Positions 38,517 to 48,433 of a stretch of DNA of 64,000 bases are shown here, piece after piece. The stretch covers positions 192,001 through 256,000 of the forward strand of contig CAWCRS010000003.1 in NCBI GenBank assembly GCA_963798085.1, read 5' to 3'. The position numbers were made by a program, and so were the translations under genes. Source of the stretch: an uncultured Gemmatimonadales bacterium. Its GTDB lineage: Bacteria; Gemmatimonadota; Gemmatimonadetes; Longimicrobiales; RSA9. The first letter of the stretch is position 1. Each line of letters opens with the position of its first letter. The notes under the pieces are model-generated. The model made no database searches, was not told the origin of the DNA, and saw only the letters and a program-made list of their open reading frames with translations.

Positions 38517-39556
38517 CTCGACGAATTCTGACACTCGGTGTTGCCTTGCTCTGCGCGTGCCAGCGTGGCGACGGCGAGGCGGAGGCCGAGGGCGTGATGA
38601 TGGTGCACACCGAAGCTGTCGCCAGCGAAGCGTTTCCGGTAACGGTCGGGTCCATTGGCGTGGTCACATCGCGGCCGGGCGGCGTCGCGGAACTGGCGGC
38701 GCCGGGCTCGTCGCGCATCACGGCGATCCATGTGGGCCCTGGCGACGCGGTGAAGGCAGGCGAACTGCTGCTGTCGCTCGATCACTCCGTGTGGGATGCC
38801 AATGTCGCGGAATCGGAAGCCGCAGTGGAGGCGGCGCAACGCGCGCACGAACGCGCCGTCCGCCTTTCCGAACAAGGCATTGGTCCGCGCAAGGATGTCG
38901 AGCAGGCGGCGGCGGATCTGGCGCGTGCACAGGCCGCGCTCGCTTCTGCGAAGCGGACGCGCTCGCTCGCCGATCTGCGGTCACCCATTGCTGGTGTGGT
39001 GGACAGCCTCGACGCATCGCTCGAAGAGACTGTCGCCGAAGGCACAGTCCTCGTGCGCGTTGTCGACCCCCGCGATCTGGAAGTGGTTTTCCGCCTGCCG
39101 CCCGATCAGGCGACCCGTGTTCACATCGGCCAGGCTGCGGACATGGGTCCGGGTCCGCGCGACTCCTTGAGTCAGTGGAGCGCAAGCGGCCACGTCGTAG
39201 CCATCGCGCCCGGCATCGAGTCCGGAAGTGGCGCCGTGCCCGTGCGCGTCGCCGTGACGAAATCGACGCGCACGCTGCGTCTCGGCGAGGTGTTGGACGG
39301 CCGCATCGAGGTCGCTCGCCATCAGAACGCGCTGGTGGTGCCCGTCAATGCCATCGCAGAGCAGACCGGGCCGGATGGCATCGTCTTCACCGTGGGCAAT
39401 GACAGCCTCGCCCATCTGCGCAACGTGAAGATCGGAGCGAGAACCGGCGATCGTGTCGAAATCCTGCAGGGATTGCAGGCCGGCGAACACGTTGTTACAG
39501 GCGGCGCCTACGCCGTGCGTGATTCCACGCATGTGAGGGTCGGGGGCGGCTCGTGA
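38513..39556 (+). CDS. RND efflux periplasmic adaptor (MFP) lipoprotein
   Basis: Lipobox LCAC; lipoyl halves V.PGDAVKAGELL and LRSPIAGVV; VEILQGLQAGEHVV. Confidence 0.9.
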   Translation: MTRRILTLGVALLCACQRGDGEAEAEGVMMVHTEAVASEAFPVTVGSIGVVTSRPGGVAELAAPGSSRITAIHVGPGDAVKAGELLLSLDHSVWDANVAESEAAVEAAQRAHERAVRLSEQGIGPRKDVEQAAADLARAQAALASAKRTRSLADLRSPIAGVVDSLDASLEETVAEGTVLVRVVDPRDLEVVFRLPPDQATRVHIGQAADMGPGPRDSLSQWSASGHVVAIAPGIESGSGAVPVRVAVTKSTRTLRLGEVLDGRIEVARHQNALVVPVNAIAEQTGPDGIVFTVGNDSLAHLRNVKIGARTGDRVEILQGLQAGEHVVTGGAYAVRDSTHVRVGGGS

Positions 39557-42500
39557 ACCTGTTCAATGCGGTTGTCCGCCAGCGCCGCTTCGTCTACCTC
39601 GTCGTCCTGCTCCTCTTCGCGGCCGGCATCTTCGCGGCGTTCCGGCTGCCTTCCGCGATCTATCCGGAGCTGAAGTTCCCCTACATTACGGTCGTTGCGC
39701 AGGGCACCGCGCTGGCGCCTGACGAGATGGTGTTCAGCGTCACCCGCCCGCTCGAGGAAGCGATCAGCACGGTGCCCGGCGTGCAGCGCGTGCGCTCCAG
39801 TACGATCCGTGGCGCATCCGAGCTGCGCGTCATGTTTGCGCCCAGCACGGACATGCTCGTCGCGCTGCAGCTGCTGCAGTCGCGGCTCGCGGAAGTGCGG
39901 CCTGAATTGCCACCCGAAGTGTCGATTGTTGCCGAACGCATGCTGCCTTCGGTGTTCCCGATCCTCACGTACAATCTGATGGGCGCGGACCCCGCCCGCC
40001 TCTACGACATTGCCCGCTACGAGATCAAACCCGCGCTGTCGCGCATCCCGGGTGTCGGCCGGATCGAAGTGCAGGGAAGCGCCGTCCCCGAGATCGAGGT
40101 GATCGTCGAGCCGGCGCGTCTTGCCGCAGCCGGGCTGACGTATGACGATCTGGCGACGGCGCTGCAGAGCGCTCTCGGCGTTGCCGCGATCGGCCGTGTG
40201 GAAGCCGATTACAAGCAGCTGCTCGTGATCACGGACAATGCCGCGCATTCCGCGGCGGAGGTTGCCGCGGTCGTACTGCCCGGCGGGCTGCGCGTCGGCG
40301 AACTGGCAAGTGTCATCGTGGGCACGCAGGACCGCGTGAGCCTTTTCCGCGGTGACGGCAAGCCGGCGGTCCTGATCAATGTCGCGCGCCAGCCCGATGG
40401 CAACACACTCGAAGTCGCGGATGGCGTGGCGAACGAGATGCGCGCGCTGCAGGCTACCCTGCCCAATGGCGTCCGCGTCCAGCCCGTCTACGACCAGGCG
40501 CTCTTCGTACGCGAGGGTGTGCATTCCGTGCGCGACGCGATTCTCATCGGCGCGTCGCTCGTCGTCATCGTCCTCCTGCTGTTCCTGCGTGCGCCGCGCG
40601 TCACGTTCATCAGCGCACTCACCATCCCGCTCGCGCTCACGATCTCCGTCTTCGTAATGCAGCTGCTTGGTCAGACCTTCAATCTGATGAGTCTGGGCGG
40701 CATGGCGATCGCCGTGGGACTGGTGATCGACGATGCCGTCGTCGTCACGGAAAACATCGTCCGCCACATGGGCCTGCAGCCGTCGCGGCACGAGGCCATT
40801 CGGGAAGCGGTGCGCGAGCTGGTCTGGCCGGTGACGACATCGACCCTGACGACTGTCGTCGTCTTTCTGCCCCTCGGTCTGCTCCAGGGCGTCGTCGGCC
40901 AGTTCTTCGCGGCGCTCTCCATCACACTCGTAACGGCCGTCCTCGTGTCGCTCGCCCTCGCCTTCACGATCGTTCCGGTGCTGTGCGACGACATCATGCC
41001 GGAAGTGCCGGCCGGCGGAGTCCGGCCCGAACGCAGCAACGCCGGATCCCGCAGACGCGGCCCGCTCGATCTCCTGGCCGATTCGGCCACCGCCATTGCC
41101 CGGCGGTACGACCGCGTGCTGCGCGGCGAACTGCGCCATTCGCGCTGGATTCTCGCCGTCATCGTGCTGCTCATTGCCGGCGGCGCGGTGGTCGAGCACT
41201 TCGTGCCGACGGGGTTCCTGCCGGTGATGGATGAAGGCGCGTTCGTGCTCGACTACTGGACACCGGGCGGCACCGCACTGGGCGAGACGGATCGCGAACT
41301 GCATGTCGTCGAAGGCATCCTGGACGAAACGCCCGAGGTAGCAGGCTCGTCACGCCGCACGGGCGCAGAAATGGGCCTCTTCGCGACGCAGCAGAATCGC
41401 GGCGACATCGTCGTTCGGCTGAAGCCGCGCAACCAGCGCTCGCGCGACATCTTCACGGTCATGGACGAGGTGCGCGTCAAGGTCGAGACGCAGGTGCCGC
41501 GCATGCGTGTCGAGTTCATCCAGCTGCTGTCCGATCTCATTGGCGATCTTGCCGGCAACCCGAATCCTCTCGAGATCAAGCTCTTCGGTGACAACCTCAA
41601 TGTCCTCGAGGCGTACGGCCGCGAGATCGGTCCGGACCTGGAGCAGGTCGACGGCGTCGTCGATCTCTTCGACGGCGTCGCCGAGCACGACTTCGAATTG
41701 CGCATGCACGTGAATGAAGCGTCCGCGGCGAGGGCCGGCCTGACACCGCAGATGGTGTCATCGCAGGTTGCCGCGGCGCTGCTGGGTGCGGAGGCAGGTG
41801 TCGTGCGGGCGGGGGAGCGACCCATCGGCGTTCGCGTGCACGCACCCGACGCCGTGCGCTTCGACCCGGCCCGACTCGGTGCGCTGCCTCTGGCCACACC
41901 GGGCGGCATGCGCGTCCCGCTCTCCGCCACAGCGACGTTGCGACCCGGCGAATCGCGCTCGGAGCTGCTGCGCGAGAACCAGCGCCCCATGATCCTGGTG
42001 ACCGGCGGTGTGGAAGGACGCTCACTGCGCAGCGTGATGAATGACGTCCGCGCCGTGCTGGCCGCGCATCCCGCGCCCGCCGGTGTGCGCGCCGAGCTGG
42101 GCGGCCAGTATGCCAGTCAGCAGGCAGCGTTCGTCAGCCTCATGCTGGTTCTGGGTATTGCCGCCCTGTGCGTCGTCGCGGTGATGCTGGTGCAGTTCGA
42201 GTCCTTCATCGAGCCTCTCATCATTCTGCTCGTCGCGCCGCTCTCCTTCATCGGCAGCGGCGCACTGCTGCTGCTCACTAACACGCCGCTCAACGTGTCA
42301 TCGATCATGGGCATGATCCTGCTCGTCGGGCTGGTGGTGAAGAACGGCATCCTGCTGCTGGACTTCACACGCTATCGCATGCGCTACATGCGTGAGAACC
42401 TGGGCACGGCGATCGCGACCGCCGCCGGCACCCGGCTGCGGCCCATCCTGATGACCACCATCGCCACGCTGGTCGGCCTGCTCCCGCTCGCCCTCGGCAT

Positions 42501-42645
42501 TGGCGCCGGCGCCGAACAGCAGCGCCCTCTCGCCTTCGCCGTGCTGGGCGGCCTCGCCCTGTCGACGCCCATTACGCTCTTCATTGTTCCCGCACTGACC
42601 GTGCTGATCCGCGGCCGCGACTACATGCTGCCGGAGGAGCCCTGA
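39553..42645 (+). CDS. RND efflux permease (AcrB/CusA/CzcA superfamily)
   Basis: 1030 aa; GLVIDDAVVVTENI, GLVVKNGILL and RLRPILMTT. Confidence 0.95.
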   Translation: MNLFNAVVRQRRFVYLVVLLLFAAGIFAAFRLPSAIYPELKFPYITVVAQGTALAPDEMVFSVTRPLEEAISTVPGVQRVRSSTIRGASELRVMFAPSTDMLVALQLLQSRLAEVRPELPPEVSIVAERMLPSVFPILTYNLMGADPARLYDIARYEIKPALSRIPGVGRIEVQGSAVPEIEVIVEPARLAAAGLTYDDLATALQSALGVAAIGRVEADYKQLLVITDNAAHSAAEVAAVVLPGGLRVGELASVIVGTQDRVSLFRGDGKPAVLINVARQPDGNTLEVADGVANEMRALQATLPNGVRVQPVYDQALFVREGVHSVRDAILIGASLVVIVLLLFLRAPRVTFISALTIPLALTISVFVMQLLGQTFNLMSLGGMAIAVGLVIDDAVVVTENIVRHMGLQPSRHEAIREAVRELVWPVTTSTLTTVVVFLPLGLLQGVVGQFFAALSITLVTAVLVSLALAFTIVPVLCDDIMPEVPAGGVRPERSNAGSRRRGPLDLLADSATAIARRYDRVLRGELRHSRWILAVIVLLIAGGAVVEHFVPTGFLPVMDEGAFVLDYWTPGGTALGETDRELHVVEGILDETPEVAGSSRRTGAEMGLFATQQNRGDIVVRLKPRNQRSRDIFTVMDEVRVKVETQVPRMRVEFIQLLSDLIGDLAGNPNPLEIKLFGDNLNVLEAYGREIGPDLEQVDGVVDLFDGVAEHDFELRMHVNEASAARAGLTPQMVSSQVAAALLGAEAGVVRAGERPIGVRVHAPDAVRFDPARLGALPLATPGGMRVPLSATATLRPGESRSELLRENQRPMILVTGGVEGRSLRSVMNDVRAVLAAHPAPAGVRAELGGQYASQQAAFVSLMLVLGIAALCVVAVMLVQFESFIEPLIILLVAPLSFIGSGALLLLTNTPLNVSSIMGMILLVGLVVKNGILLLDFTRYRMRYMRENLGTAIATAAGTRLRPILMTTIATLVGLLPLALGIGAGAEQQRPLAFAVLGGLALSTPITLFIVPALTVLIRGRDYMLPEEP

Positions 42646-42681
42646 GGCCGGCTGAACCCACGCTGTCTCGCCTGCCGTCCG

Positions 42682-43386
42682 TCATCCGTTCAAGAACCGG
42701 TGCGTCACCCGCGATACATCACTGATGCGTGCGCCATCCCAGCGATAAATGAGGTAGTCCGACGGACGGGCGTTGCGCAGGAGGCGAGGGCGAAACACCG
42801 CGACACAGTGGCCGCTGCTGTGACGCACGCTGTCGTAGACGACGCCATTCGAGCCGGCTTCGCGCAGACTGCGTGCGAAGGCCTGCGACTGCGTGTAGTC
42901 ATCGGGATCGTAGAGTGCGGGCTGCAGCTCGCGCGCGCCGCGCAGGTCGTGGAGCGTGCCATCAATGTCGGCTTCCAGCATGCGCATCTCCAGGTCCATG
43001 GGCGGCTCTGCCGTGGCGGCCATGAAGCGCTCGCGGTGATGCACGGTTTCGCGCACGGCCGTCTCGCGCGTCTTCGCCGCGTACCACGCGCCGTGCAGCG
43101 CATCGGAAAAACGACCGCCTTCGGGCGGCACATGCGCGAAGGGCGCGAGGATGTAGCTCGAGCCGGGACCGCTCAGCCGATCGCGCGGCGCCAGCCCGCG
43201 CATCGCCCCGGCTGCCCGCAACCGTTCGTTAGTCAGCGATTCGATGGCCACTACGGCATCAATGTCCGCCGGGTCCGCAACCCGCGCGAACAGATCGAGC
43301 GGAGGAAAGCGGCTGGGCACGATGCGCACGCACGGTCGCCAGCGCACCCGTCGCACCGGCGGCAGAGCGGCGTCCGGTGCGTTCAC
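42682..43386 (-). CDS. RES-domain toxin (MbcT/ParT-like NAD+-consuming enzyme)
   Basis: RIVPSRFPP, GRFSD..GAWYAA, AVRETVHH and GVVYDSVRH; GTG start overlaps the antitoxin stop. Confidence 0.9.
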   Translation of the reverse strand: MNAPDAALPPVRRVRWRPCVRIVPSRFPPLDLFARVADPADIDAVVAIESLTNERLRAAGAMRGLAPRDRLSGPGSSYILAPFAHVPPEGGRFSDALHGAWYAAKTRETAVRETVHHRERFMAATAEPPMDLEMRMLEADIDGTLHDLRGARELQPALYDPDDYTQSQAFARSLREAGSNGVVYDSVRHSSGHCVAVFRPRLLRNARPSDYLIYRWDGARISDVSRVTHRFLNG

Positions 43387-43781
43387 GGCCAGCCCCCGCG
43401 CTGCGCGTCCAGATACTGCCGCACCACGTAAAGGTCCGACACGTTGCCGGACAGCATGCGCTCCAGCGCCGACCCGCCGGCAAAGGGTGTTGCCCGGTTG
43501 GCCCGCCGGATCCACGCATCGGCCCGCACCGGGTCCGGAAACAGGATCTGCAGCGCCTTGTAAATGCCGAACAGGTAGGACAGGCGTTCCAGCACATCGC
43601 GTGGCAACCGCTCCGGCGGGCGCTTTTTCCAGCCGAAAAAGGTCGAACGCGAAGGGGCTCCCAGCAGCGTCAGCTGTTCTTCCACGCTGAGCCGCCAGGC
43701 CTCCGCAATGCGGAAGAACGTGCGCAGCGCGGGCTCGGCCCAGTCGTGCTGGTCTGGCGTCGCCGGCTCTCGGATTCCCAT
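43383..43781 (-). CDS. Xre/MbcA/ParS-type antitoxin
   Basis: FFRIAEAWRLS...LLG, LERLSYLFGIYKALQILF, WIRRAN...F.G and VRQYLDAQRG. Confidence 0.9.
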   Translation of the reverse strand: MGIREPATPDQHDWAEPALRTFFRIAEAWRLSVEEQLTLLGAPSRSTFFGWKKRPPERLPRDVLERLSYLFGIYKALQILFPDPVRADAWIRRANRATPFAGGSALERMLSGNVSDLYVVRQYLDAQRGGWP

Positions 43782-43818
43782 CGTCGCACCCCGGATTCAG
43801 TACTCTGACATCTATCGT

Positions 43819-43834
43819 AGTACGAATTTGTACT
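43819..43834. promoter_or_regulatory. Palindromic operator upstream of the toxin-antitoxin operon
   Basis: AGTACGAATTTGTACT, a 16-bp near-perfect palindrome in an AT-rich patch 38 nt upstream of the antitoxin ATG. Confidence 0.55.
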
Positions 43835-44064
43835 CCTTGCCAGCCTGCTGCATTGTGTGATGGGCAACATGACCGGGGCCGACGTGCGGCACGCGCAGGC
43901 TCGAACCGGCCGGTGGGCGTGAGCCGGACGCCCCGCGCCGTGGGTCTGGCGAACTGCCAGAATTCAGGCGAATCGCGGGAAAAAAGTACTGCCGCCGGGC
44001 GCATTGTTGCCGGTCGGGCGGAAGGCCGAGGGGCGTGACGTCAATATCTGTGCGCATTTACGGC

Positions 44065-44080
44065 GGGCACGGCCCTTGAG
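44065..44080 (+). promoter_or_regulatory. Possible sigma54-like promoter of the minor-pilin cassette
   Basis: GGGCACGGCCCTTGAG matches GGCACG-N4-TTG, but has A instead of the conserved C at -12. Confidence 0.3.
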
Positions 44081-44141
44081 TGTCGAACTGACAGATGCTC
44101 CCCATCCAGTTGAGGGACTGATGCCGCCTGGCAAACCACAG

Positions 44142-44804
44142 ATGGACCCACGGCGACCCACTCGTGTGGGCGCATCCGGCAAACGGGCAAATCGACCGGC
44201 TTCGTGCCGGCCAGCCCGTGGCCCGCGGTCCGCTGTGTTCTCCGGAGCCCGAGCCGGCCTGTCGGTCGTCGAGCTGGTCGTGGTGATGGTGCTGGCGGCC
44301 ATCATGATGAGCATTGCGATGCCCAGGCTCAATATCCGTCGCCTCAAGCTCGACACGGCCGCGCGCAGTGTGACCATGATCATGATGGGGGCGCAGCGCG
44401 CTGCCATCCAGCAGCAGCACAACGTGGTCGTGTCGTTCGACACGGTGCAGCGCATGCTGCGCGTGCATTACGACAAGAACAACAACAACACGATCGATGC
44501 GGGTGAGCGCATCATGCAGTACGAGGTGGGCGAGGGCGTGAAGTTCGGCCGCGCGGGTGCCACGGCACGCAGCACCGGCTCTGCTGCGGTCACCTTCACG
44601 CACCTGGAGGGTGCCTTCCCGGCGGTCACCTTCAGCCGCGCCGGCACGGCGAGCGAGATCGGCGGCTTCTATCTCAGTTCGACGAGTGCGGGCGTAGGCG
44701 GTGTGCCCAGCGATGCGCGCTCTCTGGAAGTCGAGCGCGCCACCGGCCGAACGGAGCGTTACCTCTGGAATCCACAGACCAGCACCTGGATCAGGGAATT
44801 CTGA
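44142..44804 (+). CDS. Type IV minor pilin / pseudopilin, FimT/GspH-like (start uncertain)
   Basis: Prepilin site RAG|LSVVELVVVMVL with Glu5, followed by a hydrophobic helix ending in AMP. Confidence 0.85.
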   Translation: MDPRRPTRVGASGKRANRPASCRPARGPRSAVFSGARAGLSVVELVVVMVLAAIMMSIAMPRLNIRRLKLDTAARSVTMIMMGAQRAAIQQQHNVVVSFDTVQRMLRVHYDKNNNNTIDAGERIMQYEVGEGVKFGRAGATARSTGSAAVTFTHLEGAFPAVTFSRAGTASEIGGFYLSSTSAGVGGVPSDARSLEVERATGRTERYLWNPQTSTWIREF

Positions 44805-44805
44805 T

Positions 44806-45192
44806 ATGCGCGCAAGGAATGGTTTCTCGCTGGTGGAAGTGGTCGTCGCGCTGGTGCTGCTGGCCGTGGCCATGATGGGGGCGCAGACGCTTGCGGCCAC
44901 CATGATCCGCACGGTCACGAAATCCAATGTGCAGGTGGCGGCGGCCCAGCTGGTCGAGGACCGCATCGACCGGATCCGCACGGATCCCGCGTTCGACTCA
45001 CTGACCACGAAGTACGCGGCCACGGAGGCGTCACTGCCGGGCTGGTCGCTGCTGCAGCGCGTCACGCAGGTCGTCCGCACGACCAGCGTCACCACAGCGG
45101 GCACAACAGACTATTACACAGTGACGGTGACCGTCTCCGGGCGCGGCCTCGCCGCGCCCATCAAGCGGACGATCATCATTGGTTCACCCTGA
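44806..45192 (+). CDS. Type IV minor pilin, PilV/GspI-like
   Basis: RNG|FSLVEVVVAL prepilin motif; about 128 aa. Confidence 0.88.
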   Translation: MRARNGFSLVEVVVALVLLAVAMMGAQTLAATMIRTVTKSNVQVAAAQLVEDRIDRIRTDPAFDSLTTKYAATEASLPGWSLLQRVTQVVRTTSVTTAGTTDYYTVTVTVSGRGLAAPIKRTIIIGSP

Positions 45193-45202
45193 CGGAGGAC
45201 GC

Positions 45203-46393
45203 ATGCCGTTCTCACTCCGACTCCGGGCCCGGCGAGGCTTCACGCTGCCGGAAATGCTGCTGGCCATGACGCTCTTCGGAACGCTCGTGGCTGTGACCCT
45301 CAAGGTCATGAACCAGCAGGTGCGCACCTTCTATAACGGTTCGGCCCAGGCCGACGCCGCGCAGTACCTGCGTTTCTCGATGAGTGTGCTGGACAAGCAC
45401 ATGTCGAACGTGGGTGCGGGTGTGCCGGCCGGCCAGCCGCAGCTGATCTACGCGGACACCAACGTCGTCGCCTTCAACGCCGACTGGGTCAGCAACATTC
45501 CCGGCGACCCGTTCTCGGTGAACGTGGACACGACCATGCCGGCTCCGTGGGTGGACGCGCTGACCAAGGCGAGGCGCTTCACACTGCCGGGCACGACGTG
45601 GGCGTATCCCGATACGACCTACTGGTCGGGCGGCGCCAACAGTCCCGCGGAAACGATCATTCTCTGGTTCGCGCCGGACGCGTCGACGCCGGCCACCAAC
45701 GACTACATCCTGTGGCGCCAGGTGAATGATCGCACGCCCGAGATGGTTGCGCGCAACCTGCTCAAGCCGACCACCGGCGACTTCTTCCGCTTCTACCGTC
45801 ACGTCACGCCCGTGTCCGGTTCCATGCGCATGGACACGGTGCCGCGCGCCTGGCTGCCGCTCCGCCACACCGCGCTCATTCACGGTTCCAACGCCGACAC
45901 GGCCATTGTTGCACGCGTGGACAGTGTGCGTGCCATCGAGGTCGGTTTCCGCACGTCCGACGGACAGCCCGCGCCGCTCACCCGCATCTGGGAACTGCGC
46001 CGCGTTGTGAACCTGCCCAACGCAGGCAAGGAAGTGAAGAGGACGTGCGGCGACGAGCCCATTCTGCAGGCCGGCGTGAACTTCGTCAGCAAGGACACGG
46101 CCGATGCCTCCGGCACGCACAATGTGATCCTGCGCTGGAACGCGTCCGTCGACGAGACTTCCGGCGAGAAGGACGTGGTGCGCTACGTCCTCTGGCGGGA
46201 CACGGTGGCGTTCGCGATGGGAACGCTGGGAGATCCGTACCTCAGCCTGGCATCGGGCAGCACCAACTACGAGTACCGCGATGGCGCCGTGCTCTCCGGC
46301 ACTGGTGGCAAGACGTATTACTACGCCCTGGCGGCGCAAGACTGCACGCCAACCCTCTCGAACCTGAAAACCACATCGGTGATCGTACCATGA
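45203..46393 (+). CDS. Type IV minor pilin, PilW/GspJ-like, with a C-terminal Fn3-like domain
   Basis: RRG|FTLPEMLL; C-terminal LRWNAS...YVLWR...YRD...YYYALAAQD; GGAGG RBS. Confidence 0.85.
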   Translation: MPFSLRLRARRGFTLPEMLLAMTLFGTLVAVTLKVMNQQVRTFYNGSAQADAAQYLRFSMSVLDKHMSNVGAGVPAGQPQLIYADTNVVAFNADWVSNIPGDPFSVNVDTTMPAPWVDALTKARRFTLPGTTWAYPDTTYWSGGANSPAETIILWFAPDASTPATNDYILWRQVNDRTPEMVARNLLKPTTGDFFRFYRHVTPVSGSMRMDTVPRAWLPLRHTALIHGSNADTAIVARVDSVRAIEVGFRTSDGQPAPLTRIWELRRVVNLPNAGKEVKRTCGDEPILQAGVNFVSKDTADASGTHNVILRWNASVDETSGEKDVVRYVLWRDTVAFAMGTLGDPYLSLASGSTNYEYRDGAVLSGTGGKTYYYALAAQDCTPTLSNLKTTSVIVP

Positions 46394-48180
46394 GCAAACG
46401 GAAGAAGTCAGTACCGGAGCTTCGTGGTGACCGCGAGGGATTCGCGCTCGCACTCGTTCTCATCATCGTGATGGCCGTGGCCGGAGTTGCCGCGGGTGCA
46501 TCCCTGCTCGGCTCCAGCTCGTTCGTCACGACGCTGCAGGAGGAGCGGCGAGGGCTCATGGTCGACGCCGCCAACGCCGGTCTCGAGCTGGGCCGCGCCA
46601 GAATCAACGGCAACAAGGCGCTCTATCCGGACTCGCTCTACAACACGCTGGAGAACGGCGCCTCCGTAACCAACGCGGACGGTACCACGGTCCCGGGGCT
46701 GCAGCGCTGGACGTACGTCGGGCCTACCGGCATCACGACGGGCCAGTACGGCGTGTTCGGCAGCGTGGTAACGATCGTGCAGGACGCCAACGGCGACCGC
46801 CTGATCCGGCGTCTCGAGGTCATGCAGGAGAGCTTCGCCAAGTTCGCCTACTTCACCGACATCGACTTCTCCGCCAACATCTGGTTCGGCGGCGGCGACG
46901 CCATCTTCGGACCCGTGCATTCCAACGACAGCATCGGCATTTACAGCACCGGCGCCACCTTCTACAAGAAGGTCTCCACCGCGCAGAAGATCGTGCAGAA
47001 GAACTACGGCACGTTCCTCGACGTGGTGGTGGAGCATGCGCCCCGAATCCCCATGCCGGTCACGGCCGATCTCAACAAGCTTCGCAACTATGCGATCGCC
47101 GGTGGCACGCGCATCGTGAGCAACACGACGGGCAGCATCGGCCAGGCCACCACTCGCATCGAATTCATGCCTGTGGACCTCGACGGCGATGGCCGCTTCG
47201 ATGGCCCTGACGAGGGGTTCTTCCGTGTGTACCAGGCGGCCGGCACCGCGGGCGCGCGCTGGATCGCGGCGGATACGGTGGGCGCAAATCTGCCCACCGA
47301 GAATTGTGGCGACTGGGACCATGTTGTGGCTGGTGTCCACGACCACCTGTTCCACACCGCGGCATCGCACGGAGCGTCGCCCCACACTGCCAACCAGAGC
47401 TTCAACCAGGCCAACAGCCGCTGTTATCTGGGCGGTCAGGACTCGCTGTTCAACGGGTTCGCTGCCACCGACACGCACGGCGGCTACGTTGCGTGGACGG
47501 GCACCGTCGACTCGCGTCTCGCGGGGCGCGCTGACAAGAACTACCTGTGGCCGCTCAGCCGCGCCATCAATCCCAACTTCAAGGGCGTCCTCTTCGTCGA
47601 TGGCAAGGTTGTGATCTCGGGCCTGCTGCGCGGCCGCATCACGCTGGCCGCCACTGATAATATCGTGATAGGCGACGACGTGAAGTACGTCACCGACCCC
47701 TCCGTGGGCTCCTGCGCGGATATCCTGGGCCTGTTCACCGCGACCGATGTCGTCATCGCGGACAACATGCTGAACGCGCCCTGGAAGCCGCCAGGCGTCG
47801 CCAATTACAAGGCATACGACGAAACCACCGACGAGTTCATCCACGGCGTGGTGCTGGCGCTCAGCAATTTCACGGTCGAGGATTACAACAGAGGTCCCAA
47901 CTCCTCGACCAGCCCGAACGTTGAGTCCTGCCAGACCACGGCCTGGGGCCGCGGCTGCCTGCGTCTTACCGGTGGCATCATTCAGCAGCAGCGCGGAGCG
48001 GTGGGTCTGGTGAGCGGCGAGGGTTATCTCAAGCGCTACTCCTACGACGCCTGCGCGGCCAGCGATCCGCCGCCGTACTTCCCGACAACGGGTCGCTTCA
48101 TTGCGAACCGCTACTTCGACATCGATCCGACCGGCTTCAACGTGGCCGCCTTCTACGCCTCGCTGACACCGGCGAGCTGA
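46390..48180 (+). CDS. PilX/GspK-like large minor pilin with an extended C-terminal domain
   Basis: REG|FALALVL (no Glu5, as in PilX/GspK), AANAGLE and FAYFTD...GPVHSN; ATGA overlap with the upstream gene. Confidence 0.8.
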   Translation: MSKRKKSVPELRGDREGFALALVLIIVMAVAGVAAGASLLGSSSFVTTLQEERRGLMVDAANAGLELGRARINGNKALYPDSLYNTLENGASVTNADGTTVPGLQRWTYVGPTGITTGQYGVFGSVVTIVQDANGDRLIRRLEVMQESFAKFAYFTDIDFSANIWFGGGDAIFGPVHSNDSIGIYSTGATFYKKVSTAQKIVQKNYGTFLDVVVEHAPRIPMPVTADLNKLRNYAIAGGTRIVSNTTGSIGQATTRIEFMPVDLDGDGRFDGPDEGFFRVYQAAGTAGARWIAADTVGANLPTENCGDWDHVVAGVHDHLFHTAASHGASPHTANQSFNQANSRCYLGGQDSLFNGFAATDTHGGYVAWTGTVDSRLAGRADKNYLWPLSRAINPNFKGVLFVDGKVVISGLLRGRITLAATDNIVIGDDVKYVTDPSVGSCADILGLFTATDVVIADNMLNAPWKPPGVANYKAYDETTDEFIHGVVLALSNFTVEDYNRGPNSSTSPNVESCQTTAWGRGCLRLTGGIIQQQRGAVGLVSGEGYLKRYSYDACAASDPPPYFPTTGRFIANRYFDIDPTGFNVAAFYASLTPAS

Positions 48181-48201
48181 GCGACGCTCAAGCGCGACAG
48201 C

Positions 48202-48242
48202 AACGAAAGCGGGTGGTCCCCGGGGGCCACCCGCTTTCGTTT
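48202..48242. terminator. Bidirectional rho-independent terminator
   Basis: AACGAAAGCGGGTGGTCCC / GGGCCACCCGCTTTCGTT stem between convergent genes. Confidence 0.85.
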
Positions 48243-48433
48243 CCCCCGACCGTCCTCGACGGTGCGCGCCGCCTTCCACTCTGTCCGCGTACGGCGCAAC
48301 TCGTCCCACCGGCAACCAGCAAAAGCGCGGCACGGGAGCGGGTCATGCCTCGCAATTCCATGGGACAGCACGCCGCATCACACGCATCGATCCACTGGTG
48401 GCGCCGCGCAGCGAGTGACGCCGTGAGCAGCTA

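Noticed and set aside
37293..42645. Specific cusCBA or czcCBA assignment
   Set aside because: The architecture fits a heavy-metal-type RND system with a two-component regulator, but substrate-defining residues could not be verified, so no gene symbols were given.
48378..48433. C-terminus of the 642-aa ORF as given in the ORF track
   Set aside because: It is out-of-frame sequence after the inferred indel; the homologous tail ends at 48434.
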